This document shows, one piece after another, positions 58,670 through 64,000 of a stretch of DNA of 64,000 bases; the first letter of the stretch is position 1, and each line of letters starts with the position of its first letter. The stretch comes from Nanobdellota archaeon (GTDB lineage Archaea; Nanobdellota; Nanobdellia; Pacearchaeales; GW2011-AR1): contig JBBSXC010000003.1 of NCBI GenBank assembly GCA_038045945.1, positions 96,001-160,000 on the forward strand, written 5' to 3'. Position numbers and translations under genes: made by a program. Under the pieces are notes generated by a model. That model was given only the letters and a program-made list of their open reading frames with translations. It had not been told where the DNA came from and searched no databases.

Positions 58670-58719
58670 TAGTGCTTTAACCTCTTATTATAATACATTA
58701 CTACTTGCATATAAATATA

Positions 58720-58763
58720 TAGGTGTCTACATATTTAAATATGTCTACAAAAGGTGTCTACAC
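58720..58763. repeat. Three TGTCTACA direct repeats around an ATATTTAAATAT palindrome in the Fic promoter region
   Basis: TGTCTACA at 58724, 58742 and 58755. Confidence 0.8.
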
Positions 58764-58833
58764 AGGGCTACAAGTAAAAAGGTATGCTTTTAGTAAGCGA
58801 TTTGTTTAAATATTAAATTATTCTTGCTTTATT

Positions 58834-59262
58834 ATGGTAGAATCACTTGTCGAAATACTTAACTATCAATCACCTACTTACACTCAAACTTTTGATAGAG
58901 AGGTTGAAGCAGATGAAGGACACAGGTTTTTTTATAATAATGACCCTAAAGATAAAATTTGCGAATGGCTAAAAAATAATTCTTTATGCACCATCCCTCA
59001 AGCAGTACCAGGAGAAGTACCAACTCACACCGGATACTTAATTAATGGTCAAGATGGTTCTTCATGCATTGTTAGAATGAAATTTTACGATTTTTCTGAT
59101 AAGTCTAATGAAGAAAGAAAAGCAATGGTGCCAGAAGGAAGTAGAGACAGACCTTACAAAGTTAGACTGACTATTCGCTCACAACCAGCAAATAGAAGCA
59201 TGCCCAGAGAATTAAGGATTATTCTTAGCCAAATGAATTACGAAAAAATAAAAGAATTATAA
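58834..59262 (+). CDS. Hypothetical protein
   Basis: ORF with TATA. Confidence 0.6.
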   Translation: MVESLVEILNYQSPTYTQTFDREVEADEGHRFFYNNDPKDKICEWLKNNSLCTIPQAVPGEVPTHTGYLINGQDGSSCIVRMKFYDFSDKSNEERKAMVPEGSRDRPYKVRLTIRSQPANRSMPRELRIILSQMNYEKIKEL

Positions 59263-59326
59263 TAACAAACTTAGCAAAAGCCGCATAATAAGTATTAAAA
59301 GCATTATAATACAACAAAACATATAC

Positions 59327-59399
59327 GCCTTCGTAGCTCAATGGTTAGAGCGATTGCTTCGTAAGCAATAGGTTGAGGGTTCAATTCCCTTCGAAGGCT
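59327..59399 (+). tRNA. tRNA-Thr(CGT)
   Basis: GCCTTCG/CGAAGGC acceptor, ATTGC-TT CGT AA-GCAAT, GAGGG-TTCAATT-CCCTT. Confidence 0.95.
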
Positions 59400-59447
59400 T
59401 TGCCTAATAGTTAAGTTTAAATTAGTAAAAAATTTGGTGATATTTAC

Positions 59448-59519
59448 GCCTCAGTAGCTCAGTAGTAGAGCACGAGTTTAGTAAACTCGGGGTCGGGGGT
59501 TCAATTCCCTCCTGAGGCT
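59448..59519 (+). tRNA. tRNA-Thr(AGT)
   Basis: GCCTCAG/CTGAGGC acceptor, CGAGT-TT AGT AA-ACTCG (anticodon 59480-59482), GGGGG-TTCAATT-CCCTC. Confidence 0.9.
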
Positions 59520-59597
59520 TTAATATTATTTTATCTCATAAATACTTATAAACTAGATAATTTTCTCCAACAAGTAAAAAGGTGTTTGATAAAAAAA

Positions 59598-61055
59598 ATG
59601 GTTTATGATTGGCAATTAATAGGAGCAGAATGGGGAGATGAAGGAAAGGGTAGAGGAGTTCAAAACATAGTAAGAAACCAAAACATAAAGCACGTAGCAA
59701 AATACCAGGGCGGAGCTAATTCCGGGCATACGCAATACATAAAAGAGGATATAAAAATAGCTTTACACATGTTGCCCGATGGAGTAACAGAAACGGGAAC
59801 ATTCAACTATTTAACCCAAGGAGTCGCCCTAGACCTCGTACAAACTTTCAAAGAGATAGATGAACTCAAGGGTCACAAAATCTCACTTGATGGGAGATTA
59901 TTCATTAGCCATAGAGCAACAGTAGTAATGGCCGGAGACGTAGTTTCAGATTTCTTAAGCGATGGAAACGGAAGTACAGCAAAAGGAATAAGATATTGTT
60001 ACGGTAGACAATCAAGACCAAGACTGAACATAAGAGTGGAAGACTTATATGGAAAAGTAGGAAACGACGGAAAGCTATCAGAACCAAGAATTTCACAACA
60101 CCTCGAAAGATTTTTAAGAACATATGAAGGAGATCTTGCACAAAGATTAGAGTTAGAAATAGAAAGACTAAAAGAATTAAGATCCTCAAGTGACGAAAAG
60201 ACAAAGATTGAAAGAAGATTAGAAAGAGGTATTAAGTTAAGAGAAGAATTAAGATCTGAAAATGAAGCTACAAGACTTCTAAGACAAGCGGATAGACTTC
60301 TACCATATGTTGCAGACACGACAAAAATGTTAGAAGACGTAGTTAATGGAGATAGAGAAGGAATATTATACGATGGTTCACAAGCAGCACTACTTGATAA
60401 AGATTCAGGCCCAGGAGATGATTTAACATCTTCATCATCAAGTGGAGCAGCATTATTTGCTAATCTAGGATTTTCTTATAATAACAGACAAATGGGCAGA
60501 CTAATTAGAATAGGAGTAGTAAAACACTTACCTACAAGAGTCGGAAGAGCAGGGCACGGTTTCCCAACAAGAGATGAAAAATTAGAAACCGCATTAAGAG
60601 AAAAAGGCGATGAAAGAGGAGCAACAACAGGAAGACCCAGAGAAATGGGACACCCAGATGCCGTAGCAGTTGCTTACGCAGTTAGAATTAGTGGAATTGA
60701 CGGGTTATTCTACACAAAAGCAGACTTAGTAGATGGACAGGGAGAGCAAAAAATAGCCATAGCCTACAAGGACGATGATACAGGAGTAGTTTATCCTAGA
60801 ATGATCACTCATAGAGAAATATTCGACAGTACCAGACTAAAACCAATTTTTGAAACTCATTCTGGATGGGATAAACTTCAAGGCGCTAGAAAAGAAGAAG
60901 ACACACCAGAAAGCTTCAAAAGATTCTTAGGAAGATATACAGATATAATATCAGAAAAAGTCAATAGATACGTCCCAATAGTCGCAATATCCACAAGCCC
61001 AAAAAGCGAAGACTTTATTGATTTATTAGATAGACTACAATTGCAAGAGAGATAA
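59598..61055 (+). CDS. purA: Adenylosuccinate synthetase, divergent long form
   Basis: GAEWGDEGKG, QGGANSGHT, TRVG, GATTGRPR, TKAD. Confidence 0.88.
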   Translation: MVYDWQLIGAEWGDEGKGRGVQNIVRNQNIKHVAKYQGGANSGHTQYIKEDIKIALHMLPDGVTETGTFNYLTQGVALDLVQTFKEIDELKGHKISLDGRLFISHRATVVMAGDVVSDFLSDGNGSTAKGIRYCYGRQSRPRLNIRVEDLYGKVGNDGKLSEPRISQHLERFLRTYEGDLAQRLELEIERLKELRSSSDEKTKIERRLERGIKLREELRSENEATRLLRQADRLLPYVADTTKMLEDVVNGDREGILYDGSQAALLDKDSGPGDDLTSSSSSGAALFANLGFSYNNRQMGRLIRIGVVKHLPTRVGRAGHGFPTRDEKLETALREKGDERGATTGRPREMGHPDAVAVAYAVRISGIDGLFYTKADLVDGQGEQKIAIAYKDDDTGVVYPRMITHREIFDSTRLKPIFETHSGWDKLQGARKEEDTPESFKRFLGRYTDIISEKVNRYVPIVAISTSPKSEDFIDLLDRLQLQER

Positions 61056-61097
61056 GTTTACCATAAAACTTATAAGTTTCAGTTTAACCTTAATCGT

Positions 61098-61877
61098 ATG
61101 CTTGACTTATCTCCCCATTCTTTTAGAGGAATGAGACCCGATTCTAGGAGCATTATTCCAGACACTACTCTTTGCATGATTGTTCGTGATGAATTAATGA
61201 ATTCTGCTGGAGGAATAGAAAGAATGCTTAGGCATCACATCCCGCACTTCACACAAGTAGACGTTGCTGATACAGGATCAGTTGATGGAACCAGAGAAAA
61301 ACTCGCAGAACTAGAAAAAGAATACGAGCAACTAAGAGTTTATGACCACGCTTTCGATGGTTACGGACCTAGCAGAAACTTCATAAAAAGCAAAGCAAGA
61401 ACAAGACTTGTAGCAATGCTAGATGCAGACGAACTAATAACTCACCAAGACCTATCAAGAATAAGAAGAATAATAAACAATAGAGAAGGACTTGTAGGAA
61501 TACATTTTCCCTTTAGACAAGTAAAAAAAACTATTGGTGAACCAAACTACGAGTTTGGCCACAACCCAAGAATTTATAGAAATTTACCAGACTACAATTA
61601 TAGAGGAAAAGTTTGGGAAAACCTGTTCGACGAAGATGAAGAAGAACAAGTAAGATACACAGTAGGTGATGGAATAGAGAGAGAAAACCTACCAATGGTT
61701 AAAGTACCAATTTACCACTTCGAACCACAAGATGAAGAAGTTTATTTGGATAAAAGAAAAGAATTATACACTGATTTGCAACTAAAAGGAAGGTTTGATG
61801 TACCACCATCAAGAGTTAAAGGCTTCAAATTATGGAAAGCTTTTAATCCCTTGCGAAACGCACCACAGTTTAACTAA
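61098..61877 (+). CDS. Glycosyltransferase family 2
   Basis: LCMIVRDE, DTGSVDGT, RN, LDADE. Confidence 0.85.
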   Translation: MLDLSPHSFRGMRPDSRSIIPDTTLCMIVRDELMNSAGGIERMLRHHIPHFTQVDVADTGSVDGTREKLAELEKEYEQLRVYDHAFDGYGPSRNFIKSKARTRLVAMLDADELITHQDLSRIRRIINNREGLVGIHFPFRQVKKTIGEPNYEFGHNPRIYRNLPDYNYRGKVWENLFDEDEEEQVRYTVGDGIERENLPMVKVPIYHFEPQDEEVYLDKRKELYTDLQLKGRFDVPPSRVKGFKLWKAFNPLRNAPQFN

Positions 61878-61893
61878 AAAATCCTTTTGAAGC

Positions 61894-62208
61894 TTATTTC
61901 TTATTAACTAAGTATTCTTGCATTTGCAAAGCTAAATCAAGACCTAATTTTTTAAGTAATGGGATAGTGAACCTAAAAGTAACAACGCCTACCCCGAAAT
62001 CATCATTATTTAAGTCGAGAAAAATATTTTCGTTAGTGGTATAAGCTAAACTATTAAGATTTTTATCAGTTATAACAAATCTTTGCCCTAATGAATCATC
62101 ACCAACTTTTTTTGATGAAGCATATATCCTAAAAAAGTCTGATAATGACTTATCATCTTTAACTTTAGCAAAAAACTTTTCTTTAATACTACTAATGGAC
62201 TCTACCAT
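61894..62208 (-). CDS. Hypothetical protein
   Basis: ORF. Confidence 0.55.
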   Translation of the reverse strand: MVESISSIKEKFFAKVKDDKSLSDFFRIYASSKKVGDDSLGQRFVITDKNLNSLAYTTNENIFLDLNNDDFGVGVVTFRFTIPLLKKLGLDLALQMQEYLVNKK

Positions 62209-62259
62209 GGAAAAATAAAGATTAATTAAGCCTTTTTAAACTCTTTTAATAAAGAAAAA

Positions 62260-62343
62260 TGCGGGGGGAAGGAATCGAACCTTCGCAGGCACTAAGCCAT
62301 TGGATCTTAAGTCCAACCCGTTTGACCGCTCCGGCACTCCCGC
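62260..62343 (-). tRNA. tRNA-Leu(TAA)
   Basis: GCGGGAG...TTGGA-CT TAA GA-TCCAA, long variable arm, GAAGG-TTCGATT-CCTTC, CCCCCGCA. Confidence 0.95.
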
Positions 62344-62365
62344 ATATAATTAAAACATTAAAACA

Positions 62366-63397
62366 TCACTTATAAGGTTTTCTAGAACCAAACTTTTTCT
62401 TAACTACAGCCTTAATAAAGTTCACAGTTTTGTTAACAACTCTCTTGTCATGCATAGCGTAAAGGATGCTAGAAGGGAAAAAGTTTGTTGAAGAAAGATT
62501 GTGGGGCGCCCTAGAAAAAAATTCTAGTTTGTGATTACCAAAAACTTCTATTTCTCTCTCATAATCTTTTTCTTTATCAATACTTCCACGCAAATCCTTA
62601 ACAGAAAAATTATGGTGGTCTTTACCACCAAGGATGAATAGTTTAGGGATACTCCTAAAATCATTAATAGTTTTTGAAGCCTTCTCATCGCCAAGACTGC
62701 TCAAAACTTGTAAGTAATCAATGTAATACCTAGGGTCTTTAGCAACAGAAAAGTATGATTCTAACTCCTTCATATCCCTTAAGAAGAAGTGTGCAAGCTG
62801 GATAGGATAATTCTTCTTAACATAATTAGTTCGGTTAATAGTTCTTGAAAGGTTTATTCTGTGAAAAATAAATTGTGCAATAGGCACAGGCTTTATCAAA
62901 CCATCAAATTTTATAGCTTTAATTAATTCATAAACAGAACCTTTAATGTCCCTGGCAAAACCACCAAGAATTAAAGCATCAAAAACAGGTTTATGATAAA
63001 CTGATAAGGACTTTTTTTTGGAAAAATAGTCTCTTTCTGCTTTAACATCATAATTAGCAGCAGCAAATATCCCAGAATTAGCACCAAAAGAGTACCCCCC
63101 ACCAAAAACTATTTTTGCTCCAAGATTCTTACGCAAATGATTAGCAGCCTTTATTTGTTCTTGCGCAGCCCTGCCAAAAGTGAATTCTTCATCCCACTCT
63201 TGGTGTGATGGAAGATCTAAAGAAATAACGTTAGCATTAACCCTTTTCATTATAGCAACAATATACTTTTCTAAACATGACCAGTTAGGAGTGAAACCTG
63301 CTTGCAAAACAATACCGACCTTTTCATTATTCCCACGAGTAAATAATACGCCATGAATTCCTTTATTAGCTAATGATTTATAAATTATTTTAGTCAT
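62366..63397 (-). CDS. Alpha/beta-hydrolase fold protein
   Basis: DLPSH, GYSFG nucleophile elbow, GGKD, APH. Confidence 0.7.
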   Translation of the reverse strand: MTKIIYKSLANKGIHGVLFTRGNNEKVGIVLQAGFTPNWSCLEKYIVAIMKRVNANVISLDLPSHQEWDEEFTFGRAAQEQIKAANHLRKNLGAKIVFGGGYSFGANSGIFAAANYDVKAERDYFSKKKSLSVYHKPVFDALILGGFARDIKGSVYELIKAIKFDGLIKPVPIAQFIFHRINLSRTINRTNYVKKNYPIQLAHFFLRDMKELESYFSVAKDPRYYIDYLQVLSSLGDEKASKTINDFRSIPKLFILGGKDHHNFSVKDLRGSIDKEKDYEREIEVFGNHKLEFFSRAPHNLSSTNFFPSSILYAMHDKRVVNKTVNFIKAVVKKKFGSRKPYK

Positions 63398-63435
63398 AAA
63401 AACCCTTTTTTACCTAAACAATTATTAAAAATTTC

Positions 63436-64000
63436 TTATGGTAATTCACCACTACCAAGCTGTGGAGTGTTCAAAGATGAAGCATCTGCTTTGTAGTAAT
63501 CTTTACTAGAGAAACCAAACATTCCAGCAATTATGTTTGATGGGAATCTCTTAATAGCAGTGTTGTATTCTTGAACTGTTTGAATGTATCTTCCTCTAGC
63601 AACAGTTATTCTGTTCGCAGTACCAGCAAGTTCATCAGTTAAAGAAGTGTATTGTTTGTTAGCTTGAAAAGTAGGATATTGTTCAGCAACAGCGTTAACG
63701 AAAGCAGCAACACCATTACTCATTGCTACACCAGCAGAATCCTTCTGGGCAACAGTTACAGCATCTCTCCAAGCATTCCTAGCAGCAATGACATCCTTAA
63801 CAAAAGCTGTTTCAGCCTTAACAGAACTTGAAGTTACTGAAACAAGATTTGGTATTAGGTCAGCTTGCCTTTGATACTGACTTTCAACTTCACTCCACTT
63901 AGCATTAACATCTTGATCTAGCTTAACAAAGCGATTATAACCGCTAACAAAGTATAATAACAAAATTATAACTAATAATGCTGCAACGATTAAAGAAATC
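63436..64000 (-). CDS. lemA: LemA family protein (5' end outside window)
   Basis: YN..V, W..VE.QYQRQADLIPNLV, E.YP, NRI.VAR, FPSNIIA; frame open to window edge. Confidence 0.9.
   Translation of the reverse strand, partial: ISLIVAALLVIILLLYFVSGYNRFVKLDQDVNAKWSEVESQYQRQADLIPNLVSVTSSSVKAETAFVKDVIAARNAWRDAVTVAQKDSAGVAMSNGVAAFVNAVAEQYPTFQANKQYTSLTDELAGTANRITVARGRYIQTVQEYNTAIKRFPSNIIAGMFGFSSKDYYKADASSLNTPQLGSGELP

Noticed and set aside
1-64000. CRISPR array, diversity-generating retroelement, prophage or IS element
   Set aside because: No regularly spaced repeats, reverse transcriptase, template/variable repeat pair, integrase, transposase or virion genes seen

Overview
Gene-dense, AT-rich chromosomal segment of a DPANN-type archaeon, most consistent with Pacearchaeota/Woesearchaeota. 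That assignment is an inference from archaeal TyrRS, NusA, Dph5, TrmB, a BHB-intron tRNA-Tyr with C1-G72, TATA-box leaderless genes and many orphan ORFs. It holds about 85 CDS, including tyrS, ileS, argS, purF, purA, DEAD/SNF2/XPD-like helicases, a MutS-like ATPase, ABC transporters, Fic and LemA, plus four tRNAs: Tyr-GTA with a 146-nt intron, Thr-CGT, Thr-AGT and Leu-TAA. No rRNA, CRISPR array, integrase, transposase or reverse transcriptase was seen. Main observations: (1) a ~230-nt structured, promoter-bearing RNA of no family I recognise, followed by a 49-aa K/R-rich peptide; (2) a tRNA-Thr with an A34 anticodon (AGT), highly atypical for archaea; (3) dispersed bacterial-type acyl/G3P lipid genes (fabH-like, plsX, gpsA, Gep4-like PGP phosphatase, PAP2); (4) a TTGYACA element at identical spacing before the TATA boxes of all three aaRS genes and tRNA-Tyr; (5) a Fic gene bracketed by GGTGTCTAC repeats and followed by a synonymously recoded copy of its own 3' end; (6) strong A-on-plus-strand asymmetry that shapes codon use. 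All calls come from reading the sequence; no database search was run.
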